DNA from: Fonticula alba ATCC 38817
Lineage: Eukaryota; Protista; Nucleariida
Length of the DNA stretch: 64,000 nucleotides
Strand: one strand, 5' to 3'
NCBI GenBank assembly: GCA_000388065.2
Contig: KB932205.1
The position numbers were made by a program, and so were the translations under genes. The notes under the pieces were generated by a model. The model worked only from the letters and a program-made list of their open reading frames with translations, was not told the DNA's origin and did no database searches. How positions within the stretch are numbered: position 1 is the first letter of the stretch; every line of letters begins with the position of its first letter. Shown piece after piece: positions 1 to 11,510 of the stretch.

Positions 1-995
1 CCCCCCCCCCCCTCGGCACCTGGTGTTGGAGCGGTATTCCTTCGTAATTGCCCACGGGCCCAGCACATTCCCCGAAAAACGCATCGCCCTCCCCCTCGCA
101 TGCTCTCGCGGCCGGCCGCTTGTCATGCACTTGGAGGCACCTCCGGAACGCGCGCAACCGCCCCTCAGGCCAGCGCCTCCATCCACCCCGGCGGTTGTGT
201 CCAAAGCACCCCCCCCCCCCACTGGGCGCCACCGCACACCAAGGGGCCGGAGGAACAACAGCGGCCCGCGGAATTCCCACCCCGGCCAGCAACGCGCCCA
301 AGGCACGGAGCCCATGCCGTGCCAGTCCGCGGGCTCCCCCGGCAGGGGCAAGCCCCGCCGGTCCGTCCACAACCTTCGCCGGCCACGCGCGTGCACACCT
401 CCACCCACGCACGCCGAGTCCCCCCGGCCCTGGCAAGAGTGCCTCCCTGCGCGGACGCTAGCTGCCCGGGTGCGGCGGGCGCGTTGTGCGGCCCCGCCGC
501 GCGTCCTGCCAGGATCTAAACACACCGCACACAAACCCCCCTCCCGCCCCTGCCCCGGAGAGGTTAAGGGCAGGCTGTATTTGGGAGCGCGCCGCCCGGG
601 ACCCAGGGAGAACGGGGCACGCAGGGGCAGGCGCGCCCGCCGAGAGCGCTTGGGACGGAGGGGGGGGGGCACAGGCATGGCGGACGCCGGCCCGCCGGGC
701 TGGCCGGCTGGGGCTCGCCGCAGAGTAAGCAAAAGCGCCGAACGCCGTCGTAACTCCCCCGCCCCGCGTCCGGCATTGAGCAAATTCCGGCGCCATCAGC
801 CCCAATGGCCGGACATCCGCGTGATCCGCTCCGCGACCGCATGATTGGGAGCGTGATCATGGCCTGGAATCCTCCGTCGGCTTGTGGCGCGGCCCCCGGC
901 CGAGAGGAGGGCTCTGATGGGCATTTTCGGCCCAGGCCGGCGTGGGACACGAGAAATAAAACCCCGGGCACGCGCCGGCAAGGTCGCTGCCCGCG

Positions 996-997
<2 letters not shown>

Positions 998-1069
<72 letters not shown>
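998..1069. repeat. (CT)n microsatellite, about 36 units
   Basis: Perfect dinucleotide run. Confidence 0.99.
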
Positions 1070-1071
<2 letters not shown>

Positions 1072-1785
1072 CCAGCAACGCCCGGAGAACGCCGCTGGCT
1101 ATTTGGCTGTGCTGCAGGCCCCCCCCCCCCCCCCATGCGCACACCCCGGGGGGCGCACGCACATCACCAAATTCCGAGGGAAAGGCCGCAAGCACAAGCA
1201 TAGGGGAGGGGGCAAAGATTTTGCGGGATATATTTGGAGGACAGGGCGCATGGGTGTGCTTCCGTGCGGACATCCGAGGGTGTGGATGGGCACACGCGGC
1301 TATGTGTGAGGGGGAGGGGGGGGGGGGAGAACAGGAGTAGGGAACGGGGGCAGCAAAGAGACACCTACGCGTAGTTATGCGGGGATAAAAAGACGAGGTC
1401 AAGGACAGGAGGAACGGAGGGACGGAAGGGGGAGGGAGACAAGATGCCGTTGGCTGCGTGCATGGCCTCCTCCCAAGGGTGCACAGCTTCGCACAAGCGG
1501 TATATGGAAATCGGCGCGGAGACACGAGCACACACGCGCACACGCACGCCCGGGCACTGGCAACAGGATGCAATGCAGTGCCAAGTGTACGTGCAAGCAC
1601 CCCAGGCCAATGCCACCGAGGCATCCCATCGTGCATGGGCGCCGACGGGGTGGGTGGGAGGGAGGGGGGGGGGGAGGGACCGAGGGGGCGCACGAGGGCA
1701 ACGGCCTTAGCTCCTCTCCCTCCCTCTCTGGAGGCGAGAAACTCGTATGCCGCCAGACGTGACACATACAAGGAGTATATGTGTA

Positions 1786-1877
<92 letters not shown>
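1786..1877. repeat. (TGCG)n microsatellite, about 23 units
   Basis: Perfect alternating purine-pyrimidine tetranucleotide run downstream of the Ras stop. Confidence 0.99.
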
Positions 1878-1878
<1 letters not shown>

Positions 1879-2062
1879 GCCAGGGCAGATGGGTGTGCGT
1901 TGGCGGGCCTGCCGTGTGGTGGTGCACATGTATGCGCGCGTGCGGCAATCTCTTCGGGAGGAGGGGAGGGGAGAGGGGAGGGGGAGAGAGAGAGAAAGGA
2001 AGGCGCAATGGCGCGAGAAGGACACAAGAGAGGGTCGCGCGCACGCGCATACATGCACGCCA

Positions 2063-2802
2063 TTAAACAAGGATGCACAGCTTGCCGGAGGAGCCCCCGG
2101 AGGAGGACCCCTTATCGCCGGACTGGCCGCGCCGGCCACGGCGCCTCCCACCGCCGGACGATGAGGACTTGGACCCGCTGGCCGAAAGGTCCCCCTGCGC
2201 ACCGGCCGACGCCGACCCCGCGGCGGAGGACTGCGCCAGGTCGGCAGCCTGCTCTGGCGACGGCGGGGCATTTGATACCGCGCGGAACTTTCGCAGCTCG
2301 GTGATGAGCGCATGGAAGGCGGCCTCCACGCCATGGGAAGTCTGCCGAGACACGGTGGACAGAGGGAGCAGGGAGAGGGAGGGAGCAGGGAGAAGGAGCA
2401 GGGGGCAGGGAGAAGGGAGCAGGGAGAAGGGAGCAGGGAGAAGGAGAGGGAGAAGGAGAGGGAGAGGCCGAGGCATAGGCAGAGGGAGAGGAATAGCAGC
2501 GTTAGCGGTGACTGCACTTGTGGGAGGAGAAGTTGATGCATAAGTGGGCTCCGTCCCGAAAAAGGGGGCAAGCAAACCGAGCGACATGCGGGGAGGGATC
2601 ACAGAGGCGGACCTTTGCCGACGTCTCGAAGAAAGGAATGCCGAGCTCGGTGGCGTATGCGCTCGCGTCGCGGGTGCTCACCTGGCGATCGGCCTCAAGG
2701 TCCTGTGTGGGCATGAGACAGGAGGGAGGAAGGGGTGTGCATGTGTGGATGGATGGGCAGGTGCAATGTCAGAAGGGGGTGTCTCATGGAGGGTGTGAGG
2801 GG

Positions 2803-2876
<74 letters not shown>

Positions 2877-3217
2877 TGATGACACCTCACCACCCCCGGG
2901 CCGACAAAGGGCGGAGAGGCCGGATGTCAGGGGGGGAGGGAGAGAAGCCCGCGGGCAACGCACAATCTTGTTGCCCACCAAAACCACCGGCGTGGCCACG
3001 GTCTGGTGCTCGTTGACCCGCTCGATGGCCTCCTTCAGGGCCTTGGCCTCATCGAAGGAGGTGGCATCGCAGATGGAGTATACCAAGAGGAACCCCTCGG
3101 CATGGCGGAGCTGGTGGTCCCGCAGCGAGGTGTACTCCTGCTGCCCGGCCGTGTCGGTGATGTTGACCACGCACTCGTAGCCGGATGGGAGCATGACACG
3201 CTTGCGGAAGTTTTCCT
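2063..3217 (-). CDS. Ras-family small GTPase, 5'-partial (3 visible exons: 3217-2964, 2702-2613, 2341-2063)
   Basis: Spliced translation gives EENFRKRVMLPSGYECVVNITDTAGQQEYTSLRDHQLRHAEGFLLVYSI...VVLVGNKI|DLEADRQVSTRDASAYATELGIPFFETSAK|TSHGVEAAFHALITELRK...KLCILV*. G3 (DTAGQ), G4 (NKID), G5 (ETSAK) and a terminal CAAX (CILV) are present; all junctions GT-AG and in phase. The G1/P-loop exon is not visible and probably lies in the 3377-4146 gap. Confidence 0.93.
2363..2470. repeat. Purine-rich imperfect tandem repeat (GGGAGCAGGGAGAA-like) in Ras intron
   Basis: Several imperfect 11-14 nt copies. Confidence 0.85.
2805..2875. repeat. Poly-G tract, 71 nt, in Ras intron
   Basis: Uninterrupted G run. 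Confidence 0.99.
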
Positions 3218-3376
3218 CTGTGCGTGTGTGCGTGTGCGAGTGGATGCATGGCGGCGATGGTAAGCGGCATCATCGAGGCAGGAGCGTGAGACAAGCGACG
3301 AAGGGGGAGAGGTGCGGGAGGTCATGGCTCAAGGGCCGGCAAAGGGAGAGCGGGGGCGAGGACCAAAGGCACAGCG

Positions 3377-4146
3377 NNNNNNNNNNNNNNNNNNNNNNNN
3401 NNNNNNNNNNNNNNNNNNNNNNNNNNNNNNNNNNNNNNNNNNNNNNNNNNNNNNNNNNNNNNNNNNNNNNNNNNNNNNNNNNNNNNNNNNNNNNNNNNNN
3501 NNNNNNNNNNNNNNNNNNNNNNNNNNNNNNNNNNNNNNNNNNNNNNNNNNNNNNNNNNNNNNNNNNNNNNNNNNNNNNNNNNNNNNNNNNNNNNNNNNNN
3601 NNNNNNNNNNNNNNNNNNNNNNNNNNNNNNNNNNNNNNNNNNNNNNNNNNNNNNNNNNNNNNNNNNNNNNNNNNNNNNNNNNNNNNNNNNNNNNNNNNNN
3701 NNNNNNNNNNNNNNNNNNNNNNNNNNNNNNNNNNNNNNNNNNNNNNNNNNNNNNNNNNNNNNNNNNNNNNNNNNNNNNNNNNNNNNNNNNNNNNNNNNNN
3801 NNNNNNNNNNNNNNNNNNNNNNNNNNNNNNNNNNNNNNNNNNNNNNNNNNNNNNNNNNNNNNNNNNNNNNNNNNNNNNNNNNNNNNNNNNNNNNNNNNNN
3901 NNNNNNNNNNNNNNNNNNNNNNNNNNNNNNNNNNNNNNNNNNNNNNNNNNNNNNNNNNNNNNNNNNNNNNNNNNNNNNNNNNNNNNNNNNNNNNNNNNNN
4001 NNNNNNNNNNNNNNNNNNNNNNNNNNNNNNNNNNNNNNNNNNNNNNNNNNNNNNNNNNNNNNNNNNNNNNNNNNNNNNNNNNNNNNNNNNNNNNNNNNNN
4101 NNNNNNNNNNNNNNNNNNNNNNNNNNNNNNNNNNNNNNNNNNNNNG
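3377..4146. other. Assembly gap (770 N)
   Basis: Run of N; probably hides the Ras first coding exon. Confidence 1.
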
Positions 4147-7100
4147 GGGGGAGGGGGGGGAGCGAGATGCGACGCGGGACCGGACAGCGGAGAGAGGGGA
4201 GACGAAGAGACAGGGAGAGAGGGAGGGATATAGGGGGGAGGGAAGGAGAGGGGGAGGGGGGGGGGCGAGGGGAAAGCAGAGACGGGGAGGTGGGGGAGTT
4301 TGTATGTCGGAGCCCCGCCGGTCGAGGCGGGGCATGCCGAGGCAGTTGCCCTTCGGGCACGGCCGCGCCCTTGTCCCCACCGGCGCGCGGGGACGTGCGC
4401 CCTTGCGTCGGGGTTGGGTCTGCCGGCCGGGAAGGTGGGGAGAACGACCTGGCGATTCATTTGATCTGTGGGCCGGCCCCCGAGGGGGAGGGCGGGGCCA
4501 GGGGCGCGGGGACGGGGGGCGGGGACCGGGGGGCGGCGGGTCTAATTCCAGCCGCGCTGTTGGCTGATGGAGCGCTCGCACGCTGCACGCGACCCTGCAG
4601 CGACTGGGGGCGCGCGTGTATGTGTGTGTGTCTGTGTGTCTGTGTGTCTGTGTGTGTGTCTGTGTGTGTATGCGGTGTGCGGTGAGCGGTGCGCGGTGTG
4701 CCTGGCCGCTCACATGGAGTGGGGAGGCAGGCACATGCGCGCCCGCGTTCGCGGGCAGACCAGCGCCCCATTGCATGTGGGGCTGCTAACTCATGATCCA
4801 CTCGCACACCAACTTGTCCCGGCCCGGGCCAGCAGCCACGGGCCGGGGCGGGAGCGGGAGGAATGCCGCGCCCGAGGCCGGAGCGCCCTGGTGCCCTCGG
4901 CCTCGGGCTCCTCCCGGGGGCGTGGGGCACCGGCCGCCACCCCCTTGCTGGCCCAGTTATGTGCGCGAGCGCGCGCGCGCCCTTTCGCCCGAAGCGGGCA
5001 CACACCCTTCCGCTGGTACATGATGGGACTGGGTGGTGCGAGCGCGAGCGCGCGCGCGCGCGCGTATTCAAGCATGCAGGCGGGGGCGACACACCCGCGG
5101 GCCCCGGGTTCGCAGCGGGACCTGGGCTCGAGCCTGCCCCTGCCCCCCCCTCCCGCCCCCGGGTTCCCAGTGGCGTGTGCATGTGCATGTGTGCGCGCTG
5201 ATGTGCGCGCGCATGCGCGGCGGCCCGGGCCGGCCGTGTCTCCCCCGATCCTGGACGGGGGGGGGGGACATGGTGCGAGATGCCCGCCTCCGCCCCGTCA
5301 CAGACCCCAGCACTATGCGGCCCGACACCGGGGGCAGGCGACGGACTGCCGGAAAGAGAGCGCCCGCTTGCCTCCCCGCCCTCGGGACTTCCGGCCAAGC
5401 TCTGTTGCGTGGAAGGCTGGGAAGGTGCGCGCGCGTTGGCCCTGGCCAACTGTCAGGGCTCTCTCGCCCAGGGAGGAGTCGCGCGCGATGCACCAGGCGC
5501 CTTGGCCAGGGCCCGGCAGCCTGCCCCGCCCGAGTCCCGATGGCTCGGCGAGTCCCCCGCCCCCGCCCCCGGCTCCCGGGGTGTGAAGGCACCCAGGGCG
5601 CCGTGCCCCCACTGTCAGCGGATCCCACCCGGCGGGACCGGGACTAGGTGCCTTCTCTCGCGCCGATCGCTGGCTCCCGCGGCGGGCCGTGGGGCCCGCG
5701 GCGACGCCCCCGCCCCTCTCAGCGGAGGGAGGGGGGACGGGGGGGGGGGGGGCGGCCCCGGCGTGTGTGGAGAAGTCTCGCCCCGGGGTCCACACGGGCA
5801 ATTGCCTGCAAAGAGGACGTCCCGCCTCGGGCATGCACTTGCCCTCCCTGCCTCGGGGTCTTTTTTCTTTTTTGCCCTCGCCTTCGTGTGGGGGGCACGA
5901 GAGCTCGCCGCTGCCCTTGCCGAGCGAAGGACGGGGGGTGGATTGCGCCCCCGCATGCCTCAGCGCCCGGAGGCGCCCCCGGGGGATATGGCGACGGGAC
6001 GCCGGTGTGCCTGTTTAACCAGGTGCCCCCGCCCCTGTGGGTGCCGGTGAAAGTGCCCGTGTGTCGGATAGCGCAGGGGCGGAGACTCCGGGCAGAAGGA
6101 AACACCCACCAGATGGCTATGTGCCACATTGACCCACATAAAAAAGGGCCAATATTCCACCGGGTGTCGATCGATTTGCCAGCCTGCAAGGCAGTCGTCC
6201 CCAGGACGCCTTCTCGCCCGGGGCCGGCCGGCCGGCCGGCCGGAGGCGGCGACTGGCACAGAGAGAACAGGGTGTGGGAGTCAGCCCCCGGCGCCGGGTA
6301 ATAACTGCTCCCACCCCGCAGCCCCCCTGTCACCGACTCCCGGTCCCCCCCCCCACCCCCCCGGGGGCGGGGGATTCCCCCCCCCCCCCCCCCCCTCCGG
6401 TGGGGGGTCCGCCCGTGGCCGAGGGGTCTTCATTTCCCGGTAATGATCCTCGCGGCCGCACTGGCCGAGCTCTTCTTTGGCCTTGCTGGGCGGCGGCCGG
6501 AGCGGCGCGGCCAACCATGCCCCACCGGCTAGAGCGTACACACCCGTGCTTCCGCCGGCTCCCGCCGGCCATTCGGGGCAGGGTGGCCAGTGCGCGCGCC
6601 CACCACCCGGCAGGTGTGCACCCGATGCGCGGCCCAGCGCACACCTGGCCCGGAAAGCCAGCCGGTCTATCCCCTGTGCCGTCGCCCCCCGTCCCCCGCC
6701 CCGTCCCCCCTTTTTCCGCTGTGCCGAGCTGGATCCCATCACACCCCCGGCCTGCCATTGCCCCCCCCCGGGCCCTGAACAAGGTCGTCGCTGGGCGGCC
6801 GGCGGATTCTTCGAGGGAGCAGCACGCTCAGAAACCAGAACCCGATCACGCGCACACATGGGTTAAGAATATTCGGACCTCGGTTAAAGGTGCTCCCTCG
6901 TCTCGAGCGCGTTCGTGAGGGCGTGTGCGAATACGTGGGGCGGGCTTGCATGTAAACCGTGTGTATTTTCTGGGCCTCTCGTGTGCCCCCCTCTCGCCGG
7001 CCTCCCTGCCTCTACTGCGCTTGGGCATCCCCGCGACCGAAGCCGAGAGGGACCATGGCGCCGGTTCAAGTGAAATGCCCCCCATTCTCTGCTTGGACCT

Positions 7101-7321
7101 CGCCCTTGCCGACCAACTCGACGGACACCGGGGAGGGCGCAACAGGCAAGGGCTTTTCCGCTGCCCAGGGGGGGGGGGGAGGGGTGTCACATCACACACA
7201 GGCCCAGAACAGCGAGATGGATGGGGCGCAGCGGGCGGGGGCAGGGAGGGAAAATGTCTATGCCTAAGCCTAGGGCATTGTGTGTGTGTGTGAGCGCGCG
7301 CGCGCGCGCGGGCCTTTGTGT

Positions 7322-8790
7322 TCAGATATCCGCAGGATGGAGCGTGGTCTGGGTGTGCACCAACGGGCTGGACCGATGCCCGGCCAGCAGGGTCCGTTCT
7401 AGCAGTGACAGATCCTCCACCCGGTAGGGCTTGCGAATAAAGGCATGGAAGAGTCCGGGGAAGCGCTGCTCCAGGGCCTCCGTGCGCTGGTCGAATTTTC
7501 GCTTCCACGAGGGCTCCAGCCGCCGCAGGACGGCCTCTTGATCGTGGCGGTGGTCGCACTTGCAGAAGTCCACCACCGGCGGCTGGGGCTCATCCGAGCG
7601 GGTTGTGGTGGCAGCCCCTCCCTCGTCGGATGCCGGCCCCCGGGCCGATGGGGGAGGCGGCACCCGGCGCCCTGGCAACGGCCCCTCCGGGGGGCGATGG
7701 CACTCCGAGCACACATAATGGTACCCCTGTCGGCTGAGGGCAGTTGTGATGGTCAAGGCGGCGACCACCTTGGCGTTTCGATTCGGCCCGCGGGTGGATC
7801 TATCCACGAGAGTCGGAGGGGCAGGGAAAGGGATGGACGAGGGAAGAGGAGGAGAGGGGAGAGATGAGGCGAGGGGAGGCGAGAAGGAGGAGGCGGGTTA
7901 GCCAGAATCCAAGGATGTATGATGGTCTGCTCTCTCGGTCGACCCGTAGCAGACCCAGCAGGCGCAGGGCAAAAGACGGCCCCGATCCCCCCACCCCGAC
8001 CCACCACCCACAGGCATATCACGTACTGGAGAATGCGCAGCACGGCGCACACGGTCTCCGGGCGGCGGTCACAATCCACGAAGATGATGTTCCACTTGTT
8101 GACGGGCCTCTGATAGTCCAGGCACAGGCATTCATCGCCCAGGGTGTCATTCTCCTCGTCAACCTGCTCCACCTCGCGGATCCAGAACAGCCAATTTTTG
8201 ATGGGCTGCCCGCCGATGAGGTTGGCCAGGTCGTGGCGCCGGCCGATGCCTGGCAGGTGGGGCCCCCACTGCCGGGGCCCGCCCAGGGCCGGGCCCTTCA
8301 TGTTGTGGCGATGGTACAGCAGGCCTATGATGGAGGAGAAGGGGTCGAGTTCCTCCGGCGGCGTGTCATTGCGCCGGCCCAGCCGGAAGCCCGATGTGTC
8401 CTGCAGGTCGTCCAGGCTCAGGGGACACGGCGAGGGAGGCGGCTCCGGGCCCGGGGCCGCATCCGCCAGGGCCACGTTCTGGCCGTGGGGCAGCAAGAAC
8501 ATGGACGAGGTATTGGGCATGATGTCCAGGCGCCGAGACAATTCCAGGCGATCATTGAAGTGGTCTTCCTCGGAGGTGGGCCGGGCAGGGTCCAGTGACC
8601 GGGGGCGCGCGGGGCCGAGCCCGCCGCCCGGCACTTCGACCAAGATCCGGCCGGCGCAAAAGTTGCAGGTCTCAACATGCCGCGAGCTCAGGGACAGATC
8701 CCCCATGCTGGGCAGGCTGACCAGGCTGCCCGAGGCCGATGGCGAGAGGTCCTGCAGGGAGATGTCCATGCTCGGCGACCTGGAGCACCA

Positions 8791-8826
<36 letters not shown>

Positions 8827-11467
8827 GTGGTGGTGGTGGTGGTGATGGTGGTGGTGGTGATGGTGATGGTGGTGGTGATGAGGATGATGATGCGGATGAT
8901 TGTGGTGAAGGTCGCCCGGCCTGGGTGCACTGGAGCTGGAAGTCTGGCCTGGGTGGCCCGGCGGCGGGGAGCTTGGGTAATGGTGAAGGGAATCCGGCTG
9001 CGGCTGCGGCTGCGACTGTTGGTGATGGGAGCTGCTCTCACCACACCCGGCACTGGAGCACGGCGAGGAGAGGGGATGCTCGTGGACGACGCGCGCCGCG
9101 TAGCCGTCGACGATGATCAGCGGCTCCTCGCAGCCAGACCCCGACCCGAGAGTCAGCTCCAGGCTGCCGACCACCGACCGGAGCATGTCCACCCGGTGGA
9201 AGATATAGGTCAGGTGGCACAGCCGCGCCGGAAGGCGCTGATAGCCGCCCGGGGGGTCTGGCGTGGCCGGAGGCCTGGGCCACACCGGGGCGGCCTCCGG
9301 CCGGGGGGACGACCCCCGGGGGGCGGGCCGCGGCAGGCCGGTTGCCGGGCCGAGGGAGATGTCGCCAGCCACATAGGTCGAGCTGACGGCATGCAAGTCC
9401 GACGAGACCGAGGGGTCGACGGCCGCCGGGTCCGGCGCCTCGAAGCCGGGGCCGGGCCCCATGCCGGGCGAGCTCATGTGCCTCGGGCTGGCCAAGGGAA
9501 CCGGCTGCGGGCCGTCCCGCATGGCAGGCAGGCTGCCCTGGGCCTCGGCGGTGTCGCAGCGAATGCCCTTTGCCTCGCCGCAGGACACGGTGCCGATGGC
9601 CATGGTGCCCGGCGCCGTGCCGCCTGCCGGGGCATCACCGGCCATGGCCAGGGCGGCAGGCAGGTGGCCGGGCGGCCGGTGCGGCGACGAGTCCAAGGCG
9701 CCCGGGCGCCGGGGCCTGGCGAGTTCCTGGTCCCCAAGGCAGGCCCCCATGAGCAGGTCCTTCAGGTAGGTGGCATTGTCGGTGACCGTGTCGCAAATGA
9801 GGGCCGTCAGGAGCCGCGGGGCCCGCAGGGCCAGCAGGCGGCGGGCGATTCGCGCCGCGCGGCTGCCCGCCAGCCGGGCCTGCAGCAGGTTGCTGGCCGC
9901 CTCGGCCGCCGTGCGGGGCGACATCTGCGACAGCTGGAAGGGCTGCCCGGCGGCCGGGTCCTCGCCGTCGGAGTCCGGCTCGACGCGGGGCAGGAATTGC
10001 CCGACGGCCGTCCACCCGGTGGCCGCGTCCACCGGGCCGCCTTCCGGGACCGGGTGCATGGGCGGCCCGGTGGGCACGCTGGCCAGGAGCAATGGCCCCG
10101 ACAGGGAATAGAGGAGCCCGCTGCCGGGCCCGCGGATCAGGCCCGGCCCGCCGCCGGACGACGAGGAGGAGGATGCCGTGGAGGAGGCGGACGATGAGCA
10201 GGGCGAGCCGGACCGCGAGGACCCCAGGATGAAGGCGTCCTCCCCGGGTCCGGGCCCGGGGCCGGGGCCGGGGCCGAGGCCGGCCGGGCGGAGGGGCGAC
10301 GTGATGGCGATCGAGGGGCCCGGCTGGCCGCCGGGCATCCGGGCGCCTGGGCCACTGCCCCCGGGCCCGCCCCCGCGCGAGGCGTACTCCGACACGGAGG
10401 AGATGGACCCACGCCGGGGGGCCCGCCAGGCGAAGGGCTGGTGGTAGCCCTGCTGCTGGAGCTGGAGCTGCTGCAGCTGCTGCTGCTGCTGGTGGTGAAG
10501 CTGCATGTATGGGTGGGAGGCCGGGTCGCCGGGGCCCGGGGCCAGCACGGCCGATTGGGACCGGTGGTGTCGCGGCCCGGGCACCGTGGCCAGGAAGGGG
10601 GCATGCTGGGCCGGGCCCGGGGGCGGGGTCCCGGCCCCGTCCGGCCCGTCGGCCATCGGTGGCCCGGCCCCGGGGAAGTCCGACAGGGGGGACGATTCGT
10701 CGGGGCTGCGCCAGGCCCCGGCGGCCGAGCGCCAGCCCTGGGGCGAGTTCAAGGCCGAGGAGGACCCGGTCACCCAGAACTTGGACTGGCCCAGCGGGGT
10801 GCGCGGGGTGCGCGGGGTGCGCGGCGTACGCGGCGTGGTCGTGGTCCGCGGCGGCCCGGGGATGGTGCCGGCGCCGGTGATGCCGCCGGGCCCGATGCCG
10901 GTCGGGCCGGTCCCCTGCAAGTGGAACCGGTGCAGCGAGCCGGAGGAGAAGTTCCGCCGAAGGGCCCCCCCGCCCCCGGCCGAGGGCCCGGGCGCCCCGA
11001 GGGAGCTGGGGCTGATGCCGACGCTGCCGGGCGGCCCGGCCGGGCCGTACTCCCCGGCCGGCAGCAGGGGCAGCAAGTCGTCCGGCCGGTGGTTGGCCCG
11101 GTGGTGGCCCGACCGGGGGGGATACCCGGGCGGCGAGGCGGCCGACATCGAGGCCACCGACGAGGAGGAGGACGACCGCGCGATGCCGGCCGAGTGGGGG
11201 GACGAGGAGCAGGAGGGGGATGGCCGGGGCCCGGCGGCCGCGGCGGCCAGTGCCGGGTCCAGCGTCCGTGCCAGCTGCGCCGCCTCGCCGGAGGAGGTGT
11301 CCGACTCGCCGATGCCAAACATGCGGCCGGGTGCCGGGCCGCCGGGCACCGGGGCCGGCGCCAGCGGGGGCGGATGCCCGCCATACGGCGACGGGCCTTG
11401 CCCCCCGCCGGGGGCCTGGTACCAGAAGCCGGTGTCCAGCGGGTCGTGGCGACTGCCGCCGGCGGGT

Positions 11468-11510
<43 letters not shown>

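Noticed and set aside
3193-4776. ORFs of 340-480 aa spanning 3.2-4.8 kb
   Set aside because: Artefacts of translating through N runs.
5719-6333. AGKS in a minus-strand ORF as the missing Ras P-loop
   Set aside because: Lacks the GxxxxGKS spacing and the preceding hydrophobic strand; the real exon more likely lies in the gap.
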